Positions 13,185-26,278 of a stretch of 64,000 nucleotides of DNA are shown here, piece after piece. Each line of letters opens with the position of its first letter. Positions within the stretch are counted from its first letter, which is position 1. The notes beneath the pieces are model-generated. The model was not told where the DNA came from. It made no database searches and saw only the letters and a list, made by a program, of their open reading frames with translations. The position numbers and the translations under genes were made by a program. The DNA is from Phyllosticta citribraziliensis (taxonomy: Eukaryota), in contig NW_027117347.1 of assembly GCF_038025025.1 (NCBI RefSeq), positions 1,488,001-1,552,000 on the forward strand, written 5' to 3'.

Positions 13185-13616
13185 ATGGCAGGCGTGAGTT
13201 TACACTTAGCTTCTCCTTGCCAACGAGACGCGCTAACAGTCTGCGTGCAGATCGCTCACAGCATCTACAAGCAAGTTTTCTCCGGGCCGCTGGAAACGAA
13301 ACCACCACTAACGACTGGGCCAGCACCCTCATCAAGCGCAACTACATCTTCGTGTCGACCGTCTTCGTGGGTGCCTTTGGCTTGCAGCTGTGCGTCCCCC
13401 CCGCCACCACTCCTTGGGCCAGGTAAAGCAGGAGGCTTACATGCACCGCAACAGGGCATTCGACACCGCATCGGACAGCCTCTGGAACAACATCAACAAG
13501 GGAGTGAGTTTGGTCCCGACCATGTGTGCTTGTGACGCGGCTGACTGTATTTCCAGCGCCAATGGAAGGACATTAAGCACCAGTACCTCGAGAAGGAGGA
13601 CGAGGACGAAGAGTAG
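13185..13616 (+). CDS. QCR9: Cytochrome b-c1 complex subunit 9
   Basis: Five exons 13185-13193, 13251-13270, 13324-13389, 13455-13503 and 13557-13616 give MAGIAHSIYNTLIKRNYIFVSTVFVGAFGLQLAFDTASDSLWNNINKGRQWKDIKHQYLEKEDEDEE, which has the hallmark NKGRQWKDI. Intron 2 is GC-AG. Confidence 0.92.
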
Positions 13617-14528
13617 GGCGCTCATGTAGCCTTCAATTGAGGTTGAAAAAGATCGCAAAGACATAACTTGGGTTGCCACTGGTCAACTTAGCATACCGGA
13701 TTCAGACGCATAGACTGGCGGGACGTTAATCAATTTCTTTCTTGAGAGCTGACGCTGCCCCCAGCCATGTCGGGTTCATTTCTTGCCCAGAAACACGCCC
13801 TCTTACAGCTGACCAGCAGTACGCGACGGGGCTATTCCTGAGAGGAACATGATGCGCTTGAGAATACCTGACTATTCACCAGAATGCCTGGCCTTTTTGA
13901 GTGTCGCAAATGAGAAAGTTGATCAATGGGTTCCAGTGCACCGCGTTGGGCACGACAGGCCTTGAGATGTGTCGTGAGGACCATGTGATTGGGACACCCG
14001 CCCATGCACTCAAAGAGGTACATGTTGGCGTTTGGGTTCGTTTGGTCCAAGGTGCATGCAAAGCAAGCGATTGCGCAGAAACTTGTGTAGCGCTTGGTTT
14101 GCAGTTCCACAGCAATGCTAGAAATAGGTGCACATGCGAAGAATCAACTTCACGCCATGCAAATGAGACAACTTTAATCTAAGGTGCTTTTCGATCCATT
14201 GAATGAGTCTCGATTGATGACTAAGGGCACTGGCGCGCTCTGACGTATCGAGACGACTTGGAGCTTCCGCATCCTTGCCCGCCTTTGGTCGATCCAGTCG
14301 TCAAACTCCACCTGCCGCTCGTCGACCACCACTCGACGCCACCAAAACATCTTCACTGCTTTCCGACCCAAGGCTAGCTTCTTTGAACACCCGTCATGAG
14401 GGCCGCCCACAGCCCGTAAATCCCACTTGCACAATCTTCGTGGAATCTCGGTTTCTCTCGGTGCTACCCCACACTGCATCCTCGAGCTCTGGACCTAGAC
14501 CAGCTTCCCTCACTCGCCTAGAGCAGTC

Positions 14529-17500
14529 ATGCTCATTTCTGCCCTGGAGGAGGCGCTCTGCTTGCGCCTCCGAGGCCTCCCTACCGACTTTAACAAGCGC
14601 TACACCGAAGAAGCCCGATGCGCCCTCCTCGAAACCCTATTCCGCTCGTTGGCCGGCGAGCGCGACGACTACCTTCACCTCCTCTTTCCTCAGGGCCCGC
14701 CGCGATCAGGAACACCCTGGAGTCTACGTGACGCTCAAGGCGCCGTCGAGGGCGCCGAATACACTGCATCTGCTCGGGGTCACCCGTGTGGCCATATATT
14801 CAAAGCTGGCGAAGCGACGTATAGATGCAAGACTTGCTCGGTGGACGAAACATGCGTCTTGTGCGCGAAATGTTTCGACTCTTCTGACCATGAGGGCCAC
14901 ACCGTATACGTCAGCATCTCCCCGGGAAACTCTGGATGCTGTGACTGCGGAGACCAAGAGGCCTGGATCCGCCCCTTACACTGCAACATTCATACCGCTT
15001 TGCCGGGGGAGGAGAAATCGGCCGGCAAGGCCAAAGAGCCGCCAGCACTTCCCGAAGACTTGGTGGCGAGCATGAGGGCTACCGTTGCCCGCGCTCTGGA
15101 TTACATCTGCGACGTCTTCTCGTGTTCTCCCGAACAGCTTCGGTTTCCCAAAACCGAAGAGTCTATACGCGAAGACGAACGCCTGTCTCGGCTAATTTCT
15201 AAGAGATATGGTGGGATCGATGCCACAGAGGCTGACGATGAGTTCGCGTTGGTCCTCTGGAACGATGAAAAGCACACGGCAGCAGATGTGGAAAACCAAG
15301 TCGCCAGAGCTTGCAGCAAGTCCAAGAAATTCGGTTCGAACGTGGCATACGAGACTGATGATGTTGGCCGGAGCATCGTCTACTACTCGACAGACGTGGC
15401 GGCGCTACTCAAAATGGCCAAGATCATCGAGGAAATCAAGCTCACTGTCACAATCCGCTCCGCAAGGGATACGTTTCGAGAGCAAATGTGCGGTACAATC
15501 GTAGAGTGGATATCCGACATTTGCGGATGTACAGTCGGGCCCGATGGTTCCATCATGCGCACCGTCATTTGCGAAGAAATGTTGAAACCGTGGCGTATGG
15601 GCAGCGAAGCACACCACGCAAAGATTGGCACTGACGGCATTGACGACCATGAGGCCTCAGAGGTTGAAGACGAGCTTCGGATGCTGTGGGGAATCATTCC
15701 TCAAAACAGGTTGACCAGGCGTGTGGTTCCCGACGAGCCAGAAAACGACTGGGACGACGACGAAGATTTGGACGAGGACGATCTGAACATGGACATCGAT
15801 GATATCGTCACTGGAGTAGGCGAGGAGGGTGACGGCGATGTCGATATGGAGGGCTCTGATGGTGTCGACAGCCTGGAAAACTCAGAAGCGACGTTCGCGG
15901 GTTATCCACCACCTCCGCCTCCACCAGCTCCGAGAAGACGCGAACAGATCCATACTCCGGCAGACTCGGACGGCGAATCGCTTGCATTCGACCACATGTT
16001 CTCAGAAGATCCACCGCCCACCATGGAAGTACCAAAGACACCGAAAATCAAGACCAAAACTCTGCGCCCTCCGCGGCCAGCTAGGTACTGGCTCGAAAAG
16101 CCTGAAGGCTATCACATGAGGGCGAATCTGCCCGTGCATGAGGACCTCTGGCAGCGTGTTCGGCTTGATTTCATGGTTCTTTATGATCTTCGCATGTGGA
16201 AGAAAGTCCGCATCGACATTCGAGACGTGTTTATTAGCACCGTCGTCACCATTCCCAACTTCAAACGGATTCTTGGTTTGCGATTTGCGGCGCTTTACAC
16301 CACCCTGGCCCAATTATACCTGGTAGCTGACAGGGAACCCGATTATTCCATTATCAATCTCTCCTTGCAAATGTTGACGACCCCGTCGATCACCGCAGAG
16401 GTGGTCGAGAGGGGAAACTTCCTTACCAACTTGATGGCTATCCTTTACACATTCCTGACGACTCGCCAAGTGGGCTATCCTTCGGACGTCAACCCAATGG
16501 CTACCCTTGCCTTTGACGCCGGCGCTGTCACGAATCGACGAATGTACCACTTTTTCCTCGACATGAAGTATCTCCTGGCTTCTGAGCACGTCCAAGAGAG
16601 AATCTGCCTCGAAAACAGATACCTTTTGCAATTTCTGGATCTCGTCAAGCTACACCAGGGGATTTGCCCAAACGTCCGCGCCGTTGGAGAGCATGTCGAG
16701 TACGAGACCGACGCGTGGATCAGTGCTTCTCTCATTACTCGCGAGATGAACAAGCTCTGCCGCCAGTTTGCCGAGGCTTTTGTCCCCGAGAGAGATCCTG
16801 ATCTGAACAGCGTGTGCCGAGCTATTCGAACAACTGCCAAGGTGGTCATAATACATTCCATGGGCTCTGAGAGAAAGCGCTTCAGCCAGTCCGAGTTGAA
16901 ATCAGAGACCAAATTCAAGTTGCTTGACACATTCGAAGTGGACCAAGCCGGTCCCGTCTACAACTGGCCCAGATACAAAGTCGTTGACTTTGTCGTGGAG
17001 AAGGAGCCCATGAGTTTTCACCATGCCTTGCACTATGCTTTATCCTGGCTGATTGATCGCGGCAAGGCCATGACACGCGAGTCACTTCGTGACTTGTTGA
17101 TGTTTACCATGCAAGAGCTGAGGGATTACCCAACCCCTCCGAGGGCACAAATTCCAGACTGTCAGCCCGAAGAATACCTTTTGGCTACGTTCGACTTTCC
17201 CCTGCGAGTTTGCGCCTGGCTCGCTCAGATGAGGGCCGGCATGTGGGTGAGGAACGGCATAACTCTGCGCCACCAAATGACCACCTACCGCGGCGTCGCT
17301 CAGAGAGACAACTCCCACCAGCGCGACATATTCCTCTTGCAGGCCGGTCTGGTAATCTGTCCACTTCCTGATTTCCTTGCGCAGATTATCGACCGATTTG
17401 GCATGACGAACTGGGCCAGAGGGGACTACACGGTTCGACCGGGGTATGATGACCTGCAAACCGTGGATGTTGCTGAAGACTTTGTCCACCTCCTCATCAT

Positions 17501-20500
17501 TCTCCTCAGTGATCGATCATCCCTTTTGCCCTCTGAGAACAACATTACTCCGCTGGCTGCGGCTGCAAGACGTGACATCGCGCACACTCTCTGCTTCAAG
17601 CCCATGGCATACTCAGACCTCACTTCGCGCTTCTCGGAGCGGCTTCAAGACTCGGACGAGTTTGGCGACATTCTCAAGGAAATGACGATTTTCCGTGCTC
17701 CAGAGGGTCTGTCTGACACCGGCACTTTTGCATTGAAGGAACAATACATTGAGGAGATCGATCCATACATTGCACACTACAATCGCAACAGCCGAGAAGA
17801 GGCAGAAAACATTTACAAGGCCTACATGGCAAAGAAGACTGGCAGGGATGCTGCGAGCATTGTGTTTGAACCCAAGTTACCACGCATCCATTCTGGTGTC
17901 TTTCAAGACTTGGCGAAATTCACCAAACTCCCTCTGTTTGCGCAGCTCGTCTACTACTTCCTTGCGTACGGCATCGCTGCAACATCCTTCACGCCAGAGG
18001 TCCCGGTGACCAGGACGGAAGGCTTCCTACAATTTGTCCTTCAATTGATCGTGGTCGTGGTAAACGAAGAACTCCATGATGCCGAGTCCAAAGGGACCGG
18101 AGCAGAAACAGAGTCCTTTACATTCTTTGCATTGTCAAAAAGCTTCACCTCAAGCCGGCTCGGGGATGGTCAACAACCAAGCACAATCGTCTCCCTGCTT
18201 CGGTCGCTTCTGGACAGGGAAGATTTCAAGGCATGCGAGCCCAAAATTCGTCTTGTGCTATCTCGCATCCAACAAAGGCATCCCATTGGGTTCGAAGGCG
18301 CTGTTCCGGGAGTTGATAGGATGGACACTGAATCTCCCGCCTCATCGTCGGCCCAAGACAAGGAGCTCAAGAAGAAACAAGCCTTGGAAAGACAGGCCCG
18401 TGTCATGGCACAATTCAAAGAGCAGCAGACCAACTTCATGGCCAATCAGGACATCGACTGGGGCGAAGGCGATTTCAGCGACTCAGAAGATTACGATGCC
18501 GCACCAGCTCAGGAGGACAAGACTTGGAAGTACCCCTCTGGTACTTGCATCTTGTGTCAGGAGCAGACCAACGACAATCGTTTATATGGCACATTTGCCT
18601 ACATCAACGAAAGTAGCATCTTGCGACAGACAGACGTTGGCGATCAAGACTGGATCGAAGAGGTTGTGAGCACTCCAGCAAATCTAGATCGATCCGCCGA
18701 ACACCTGAGACCTTTCGGCGTTGCCAGCAAAAACCGACGCGTCGTGCAAAAGACCACATTTGAGGGTAAGACAATTGTGACGGAACGACAGGACCTTGGC
18801 AAAGGCTTTCCCAAATCACACATCAAGAGAGGGCCAGTCAGTACGGGCTGCGGTCATATCATGCATTACTCTTGTTTTGAAGTCTATAACAAGGCAACCG
18901 AGAGAAGGCACCACAACCAAATCGCTAGGCACCACCCAGAGCGGCCGTCATACAAAGAATTCATGTGCCCTCTTTGCAAGGCCCTTGGCAATGCCTTCTT
19001 GCCAATCATCTGGGAAAGCAAGACAATCACGTACCCAGGTGCCCTGGAAACGGACACTAGCTTTGAAACCTGGCTTGAATCGCAAGTTTGCAGCCAATTG
19101 ACAGGTTTTCTTGAACAAACCTCCGATTCTTCTTCCTCTCGAGAAACACCCTCGGTCTATGTTCTGGCAAAGAAAATGTTTTTCGACTATGGGACCACGA
19201 ACATGGTTTCTTCGCTGGCAGAGAGACTCTCCGACTTGTCTGGATTGGGCCCCGTGGTCACTGCCGTCACAGTCCCTGCACCTCGCCCTTCATTCCCACT
19301 TCCCGGTGCAGGCATCGTGTTTACAGAGCCAGAGGTTAGGGATCCTTTTCTGCCTGGCCCTGAAACTTCAGCCCCAGTCTTGCAAGCGACGCCGCCTATC
19401 GAGTTGCTCAAGGTTTACCACAGACTCCGGGACACTATGAGGGCGAACATGCTGCAGACCAGGTTTACCTATCCCAACCATACCAGAGATCCAGACGACC
19501 TGACCTATACCGATACACTGATGAAGTCACTTGGATTCTCCATCTCAGCGGTAGAGATTTCCCAGCGCGGCATCGAGTCCGAAGTCGGCTGCACGTTGCT
19601 CGACAAAATCTCGGAGCATTCATTGACTCACCTTCGGGTTCTGTCTGAGACTGTGTCCTCCTACCTTGCCGTCGGTGGTGTCCGTCACGGTGGTGAAAAT
19701 CGCACCAACAAGGAGTTTATGGAAAACCAGTCGAGACAATTCCACCAGCTGATGTTCGGTCACCCTCTCATTGAAGAGTACTCCGCCATTGGTACAAAGC
19801 CTTGTCCTCCAATACTGCTCCAGGATCCCTTCATCTTCTTCACTGAATGCTCCGTCTGCCTCGTGCCAGTGCTGGGCCTCGACATTCATCACGTCCTGCG
19901 GCTTTGCTACCTGGCTGAAATCATCAAGGTAATCACGACGTTCGTTCTGGCTGAGCCCCAGGCTCTGGCCAAGGCCTCCGTTGATGACGCGAGTATCTAC
20001 CACGACCACAGCAGCAGTATGAGTCCGGAGCAACTGGAAGTCTTCTCATCTTTCGTCAAGCGAATCGTGCTAGAAATGGAACCCAAGGGAGCAAGCAGCA
20101 CGGAAAACATTCTGGCCTTGTTCGAGCCGCAAAACGCAGACTTTTTGCGCTACCTCCACGTTCTCGTCAACACATACGCGCTGCCATTCCTCAGAAAGGC
20201 CGTCATTTTGATGCACGTAAGCTATGGTATCGAATTTCCCGACGCGGGCTATGATTCGGCCAAGGAACCGGAGCTGCAACGCCTCACCAAGGCGCTGCGC
20301 TTGCCCTCACTCGAGGAAATCTTCGGAACGTTTGTGGGCGATGGGCCCCCAAGCGTCATCACGCGCTCGATAGCCATGACTTGGATCAAGCGCTGGGCGT
20401 CGTACAATGAGAACAAACCAGGAGGACAGAGAATCCCGATCAAGTTGAGCCATCCAGCAATTTTCGAGCTTGTTGGATTACCAAAACTCTACGACGCTCT

Positions 20501-20992
20501 GACCGACGAGGCCACAAAACGAAGGTGCCCGTCGAATCCATCGAGAGAGGTGACAGATCCCTGTGTATGCCTCCTTTGCGGCGAAATCTTCTGCAGCCAG
20601 GCCGTTTGCTGCATGAAGAGGCACGACAGCAGGAAGCAGGGTGGGTGCATGCAACATCAGGCAAAGTAAGTCAACTCTTCCCTTACAGCAAAGCCAAACT
20701 GCGGCTAACTTGCAATGTTTTTAGCTGTGGAGGACACATAGGAATGTTCATCAACATTCGCAAATGCATGCTCCTCTTCACCCATTATCAGAGTGGAAGC
20801 TGGTTTGCAGCACCGTACCTCGACAAGCACGGCGAGACCGACATGAGCCTACGACGCCACCACCAGCTCTACCTGCATCAAAAGCGCTACGATGCCCTGG
20901 TCCGCAATGTTTGGCTGCACCATCAGATCCCCTCGACGATTGCAAGGAAGTTGGAGGGAGACATTAACAATGGAGGATGGGAGACTCTTTGA
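14529..20992 (+). CDS. UBR1: N-end-rule E3 ubiquitin ligase (N-recognin)
   Basis: UBR box (CGHIFKAGEATYRCKTC...CCDCGD), ClpS-like domain (LWNDEKH), RING-H2 (CILCQE...CGHIMH..C...CPLCK) and C-terminal APYLDKHGETD. Exons 14529-20665 and 20725-20992. Confidence 0.95.
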
Positions 20993-21859
20993 GCAGGGTT
21001 TGATTGATACGAAACACTGGGCCGGACTGGAATATAGTCATGAAGAAGACATTCCTTTGGGTGGATAGATGTGTGTCGGGGAGTTCTGGACAGTTGTTCT
21101 GTTGTTCTGCCGGTTAGGGTGGTTTTGGCGACTATGGCGACTATGTCGCTTTGACAACTTGAAGCTGCTTTCGTCCTTTCGAGGCACTAGGGAGGCGTGA
21201 GTATGATTCTGCAACAGCTCTTCGTTTTCATGGACTGGCTTCGCTGGTGAACATGAGGTGGCATTCCAGATGTTCAACCGGGGCAGAACGGTTGCGTGGC
21301 TGAGCCCGTTGCTAGACCACGTCGTCCAAATTTGGAAATCAATGCACGGGATCTGCATGCGATACCACTGGGTGAGTATGACCAGGAGCAACTGTACCAG
21401 TTCGGCCAGGTCTTGATCGAAAAGAGTCTTTTGGTTGTGATAGGCGGGCGCCCCAACTAAATTCTTGCAGGCCAAAAGGCTAGAATTGTATCCTCCTCGT
21501 TGTGCCACGTGCTGATCCAAAGACGGATTCGGGTGGCGTTGAGGCCATATCCATGACGCGCACTGACCATCCCCGACGCTCCGCAATCACCCATTCATAA
21601 GGTAACCGGACTCACCTCGCCCGACCGTCTTCACCTCTCTGCCTCCACCATTCAGTCATTCAGATCTCTTTCGCTCTCGGAATGGACCTTGCTTGATGCT
21701 CTTTGAGCCTCCACCTTCCTTTCCCCCAAATATGACAATCCGCCCCAAGGCCCACCTCTCCGATATCTACGGTACGCCCAATCCCGCCACCGACCTCCGG
21801 CATGATCAAGTCACCAGCTAACGCACTTCAACACAGTCCTACTTTGACACGCTTTCTAA

Positions 21860-23791
21860 ATGACGACGACATACACACAACAAGACTGCGCTCGGTCGCA
21901 TATGCCCACTACGCCTGATCAAAAGCCATGGGACTTCTCCCATGCCTTCAACCTCATCAACTCGTTCTCGCTGGCCCACGGCACCAATGGACCAGCTCCG
22001 GAAACTACACCTCCTCTAAAGCCCCCAACATACGAGGAGGCAGGCAACGACAAGTATGATGAGGCCTCGGGGTTGGGCGATTTCAACAGGGTCTGGGAGT
22101 TCCTTGGAACCCCCAACCAAGCGCCCCCGCCGGCCGCCACCATCACACCCCCGGGCTCAGATCACACGGGCTCGGAAACATTGGTCGAGAAAGAAAGGCA
22201 TGAATATGTCTCCGACGGTGCGACTTATCAAACATCCACCAAGCGGACCAAGTGGGGCCATCAAGACCCTATTAACGACTTTGCCGACGAGTCCGACACG
22301 TACCAAGAGACAGGGTCAGCCGCAAACACGGCCACTCAGCTCGACGCCAGCCTCACCAAGACTCAGCGCAAAAGAGAAAACCGCAAAGCACGCAAGCGCG
22401 CTGAAGCCGAGCAGCGTTTGGACAAGACAAAGGCCACCAGCGAGGTTGAATCCGACGATGACGCACGCACCAAAAACACCCTGGCACGGAAGGCTAGCGT
22501 CCATACCATTGAGCAATCAGACCTATTTTCCAAGGGAACGGCGCCTCGATACAACCTTCGCTCCTATGGAGCTCCCAAGACTCCACAACCAAAGAAGACG
22601 GTCCAGGATGTTGCGTATTCCGCGGCCGCTCCGTACTCGGCCCCCAAGATGCTGCCCACGTCTCTCTGCCCTCAAAGCTTTCAAACTAAGCCGAATAATA
22701 ATTCGGCGAAAATCTCCAAGAGACTAGATGAATCGGCGATTCCATTCAGTCTGGAAGCCAACCATACGTCCAAAAAGACCAAGTCGAAAACGACAAAGCG
22801 GGAGTTTTCGACCAGTCCTACGAAGCACGCGGATGTCAACCGCCAGCCTTCCACACCTGCGAGACTCGACTCTGGATATTACAAGGCCCTTCTCAACAAC
22901 ACACCACTTCTCCTTAGCCATTCTGCTTCTCCTGGTCCGGCAACCTCGCCGCAACAATTCATCGTCCGAGACAAGGACGACCGCAATTTGCATTTCTTCT
23001 TCACGCTTGTCGAAAAATTTCCAGAAGACAAGCACTGGCTGGCGAAGCCCGCTCAGCTCGTCAACCACACCGAATCTCCTACCGGCATCCATGTTTTCAT
23101 TGACTTTTCAAACATTCACATTGGATTTCAAAACCGCGTCAAGAGCATGAGAGGTCTCCCTGTCAATGCTCGTATCCGTCGGGAAGACATCGATTTTGAT
23201 GCTTTTGTCTTGCTCATGGAGCGCCGTCGGCCTGTCGCAAAGCGCGTTCTGGTCGGCTCACTGCCTGCGATTCCGGCGTTTGAAAAGGCCAAAGCCATCG
23301 GCTATGAGACCAACATTCTCGACAAAGTCTACAAGGCGCGCGAGCTCACCGATCGCCAAAAATATTTCCGCCAGCGCGACGCTGAGCAGGTGCAGCGCCG
23401 TCGAAACGGCGGCACCACGACATCTGGCGAGGGCAGCGGCAGCGGCTCTGAAACGGGCAACGCTGTCAGCAGCGCGACGCACGCCAAGACAGCGTGGGTC
23501 GAGCAGGGTGTGGACGAGATTCTGCACCTGAAGATGCTCGAGTCGGTCGTCGATGTGGACGAGCCGTCCACGATTGTGCTTGCCACAGGCGACGCCGCGG
23601 CCGCCGAGTACAGCCAGGGCTTCATGCGCATGGTGGAGCGCGCGCTCAAGCGCGGATGGCGCGTTGAGCTTGTCAGTTGGAAGGCCGGCATTTCGAGCCA
23701 GTACATGAAGAAGGATTTCCGCCAGAAATGGAGAGATCGGTTCCGCATTGTGGAGTTGGACGACTGGGTCGAGGACTTGTTGGACACTTGA
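21860..23791 (+). CDS. PIN/NYN (LabA-like) domain protein with a long disordered N-terminus; putative ribonuclease
   Basis: 643-aa ORF. C-terminal motifs HVFIDFSNI, EQGVDEILH, IVLATGD and ERALKRGWRVELVSW follow the PIN_LabA-like/NYN pattern. Confidence 0.75.
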   Translation: MTTTYTQQDCARSHMPTTPDQKPWDFSHAFNLINSFSLAHGTNGPAPETTPPLKPPTYEEAGNDKYDEASGLGDFNRVWEFLGTPNQAPPPAATITPPGSDHTGSETLVEKERHEYVSDGATYQTSTKRTKWGHQDPINDFADESDTYQETGSAANTATQLDASLTKTQRKRENRKARKRAEAEQRLDKTKATSEVESDDDARTKNTLARKASVHTIEQSDLFSKGTAPRYNLRSYGAPKTPQPKKTVQDVAYSAAAPYSAPKMLPTSLCPQSFQTKPNNNSAKISKRLDESAIPFSLEANHTSKKTKSKTTKREFSTSPTKHADVNRQPSTPARLDSGYYKALLNNTPLLLSHSASPGPATSPQQFIVRDKDDRNLHFFFTLVEKFPEDKHWLAKPAQLVNHTESPTGIHVFIDFSNIHIGFQNRVKSMRGLPVNARIRREDIDFDAFVLLMERRRPVAKRVLVGSLPAIPAFEKAKAIGYETNILDKVYKARELTDRQKYFRQRDAEQVQRRRNGGTTTSGEGSGSGSETGNAVSSATHAKTAWVEQGVDEILHLKMLESVVDVDEPSTIVLATGDAAAAEYSQGFMRMVERALKRGWRVELVSWKAGISSQYMKKDFRQKWRDRFRIVELDDWVEDLLDT

Positions 23792-25310
23792 GAGAGTGTG
23801 CAATACGGGTCTTGTCGACGCCAGATCTGTCACTTGGGCTCGATTGTTGCTGCATCCACTGACTTTTCCTGCCTTGCTGGCGCACCACCTCTCACTCATG
23901 CCATGCTGCCTTAGTCTCTTTTTCTTTCCTTCCTCACTTTTCTTTGCCCCGACATTTCCTCTCCTGAAATTATTTCAAAAGCTTACAGATGGAGTATTCA
24001 CTCCGGCTTGCGATTCGATTCTACACGCGTCTATGCTGCAGAATGCCCTGAAGCATACGAAGCGACCGGGCGATGACTTGAACGAGATTCTTCTGCTTCT
24101 TTTCTGTTCCTCGTCCATCTACAGCTGAAGGGGCTTCGTTTTCGGTGCTGGGCTTTCGTGGCACTTTGGCGGGTTTCTCTCTCCTCTTAACTCTTTGTCT
24201 TTGCGGCGGGCTCGGATTTGCCCTGGCTAGTTCATGGATTGGTGGATGGATGATGGATGGACGGACGAACGGACGGACGCATGGCACCTGGGTATCACAG
24301 TTCAACGGGATTTCGGTTTTATGGTTCTTTATTGCATTTCTCTCTTCTTCCACTTTGCCTTACTTGATTGCTTGCTTGTTCCTTGGTGTGTGGGGGCCAC
24401 TCTCACGGTTTGCAGATTCTTTTTCTGCTGCTGAGTACAGGTGTTTTCATTTTTGGCCTCTGGAGTTATCGTGAGGCGTGTGAGTGGGGCTTAGATTTTG
24501 AATCTGTTCATCTTTCTAGAGTGTGCGGGCGTGTGGCGAACCAAACTACCTGAGATACGTGCTTGTCGTTGGCTTCGACTTTGACCCCTTGGGCGGCGCT
24601 TTACAGATCCATAGCCTTGGGCCACTTCAATTTTTCCATCCATAGACAAATCACCCCCCTAACAACAGCTAGTTTCTCTCTGGACGGATGGTCGTAGACT
24701 CAATTGTTCATTCTTCAAGTGTCTGTCAATTGACTGCGCTCTACAAAATCTCAACGACTTTGAAAAACGCTGACATGCTCTCCTGCTCCATTGGTTATCA
24801 TTATGGCCTGGAAACTCTTCGATGCTCCCACTGCTCCCACCACTGTATTTGCTCCGCGGATCCTCTCTTCCTGAGTGTGACGGATCATGGGCTGACTTCC
24901 GATCCGGGGAGAGACGACGCTCTGAACCGCCGTCGAATGCGACGACATAACTACGGGAAGGATAAATCTTGTCGAGGTACTTGCCGCCCCGGACGTGAAG
25001 ATGGATGCCGCCCTTTAGATCTTCGGGTTTGAGTGGCTTCAGACAATGTCCCACGCCTGTGACGATCTGGATTCGACCGAAGAATGGGTGGCTCTGACGT
25101 CGCGTCCAAGACAGTGGGGGAAGAGAGTGGCGCAGGATGCTGCAGAGAAAATCGGCGGAGGCACAAGGGATGTGGCTCAACGTAGAGCACAACTCCGCAA
25201 GGCCGCCAACAGGGAGGCGAGCGTACCAAAGACTGTTGCGCAAAGCAAACAATGAGGCGAACATAGTGCGGACGGTGTGAGGGTGTCAGTTCTGTAACCA
25301 ATTGGCTCCT

Positions 25311-26221
25311 TCATTTCATTGCGCGCCGCACGCCCGAGAGGTCCCTCCCCATGGAATTGACGCGGTCTTCCAAGCCGCGCTTTTTCCTCTCCAACTCTCT
25401 GATCTCTTCTTCCTCTCTTCGAAGGTCCTCGACAGTTAGCGGCTCCTCCATTGGCTCCTCTGGTTCCGGTTCTGGCTCCGGGGCCTGCTCTTCCTCGTCG
25501 TCGTAGTCTCGGTGACGGTTTTGGCGGGCTAGTTGGACCTGCTGTTCTGCGACGCGCATCTCGTAGTGGTCAATGTTTGATTGCAATCGTGCGTGTCGCT
25601 GCCTCAGCTGCGCAATCTTCTCGTCCACGCCGGGGATGTGGCTGTGGCATGTCGTCAGCGCAGTCTCCACTGGAAAATGAAGCACTTACTAGACTCCGCA
25701 AAGCTTCTCGGCGCCCTCAAGAAGCGTTTCCACGTCAATATCTCCCCTCTCTCTGCCGCCATATGCGCGGTACCCCAACCCGCTTCCCGCGCCTCCTCCG
25801 CCTCCCTCTCTGATCCGTTCGACCAGTTCGCTCCCCAGAATCGCTGATACTGCCGTGTTCCGCCTAGGCGCACGCACTGCATTGGCACCTCCACCCAGCA
25901 CGCTGCTGCCACCGGCATTGTTGGGCTCGAAGACGGTCTTCCGGCGGCTGGACGAGTCTTGCGCTTTTGGCGGGGGAGGAGGCGGCGGTACGGAGAAGAG
26001 GGCACGCTCGTGGGATTCCGTGTCTCGGATGAGGGCTGTAATGTCGTGAGGGTGTAAGAGCGCATTGGTAAAGATTTTGGGTGGAGGAAAGCTGGTGCCG
26101 CTGTTAGCTGCTGTCTATCTGATGTTGTGAGATATGGCGATTGGGGCCGCGCATACGGTAGTTCGGCGATGGAAGCAGAGCAGAGAGATATCTGCTCCAG
26201 GTGCGTTTCTAAAAGGGACAT
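25311..26221 (-). CDS. SPC34: DASH/Dam1 kinetochore complex subunit Spc34
   Basis: Exons 26221-26157, 26091-25690 and 25641-25311. Product MSLLETHLEQISLCSASIAELPFPPPKIFTNALLHPHDITALIRDTESHERALF...DVETLLEGAEKLCGVYHIPGVDEKIAQLR, with a coiled-coil C-terminus. Confidence 0.88.
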
Positions 26222-26278
26222 GGTTGCGTAGGACGGTACCCTGTTAAAGCTTGCGCGACGAAGACGTCGACGTGACGC

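Noticed and set aside
13832..14110. Cys-rich minus-strand ORF with a KR site resembling a small secreted peptide
   Set aside because: No ATG or signal peptide in frame because of an upstream stop; cannot be supported without homology.
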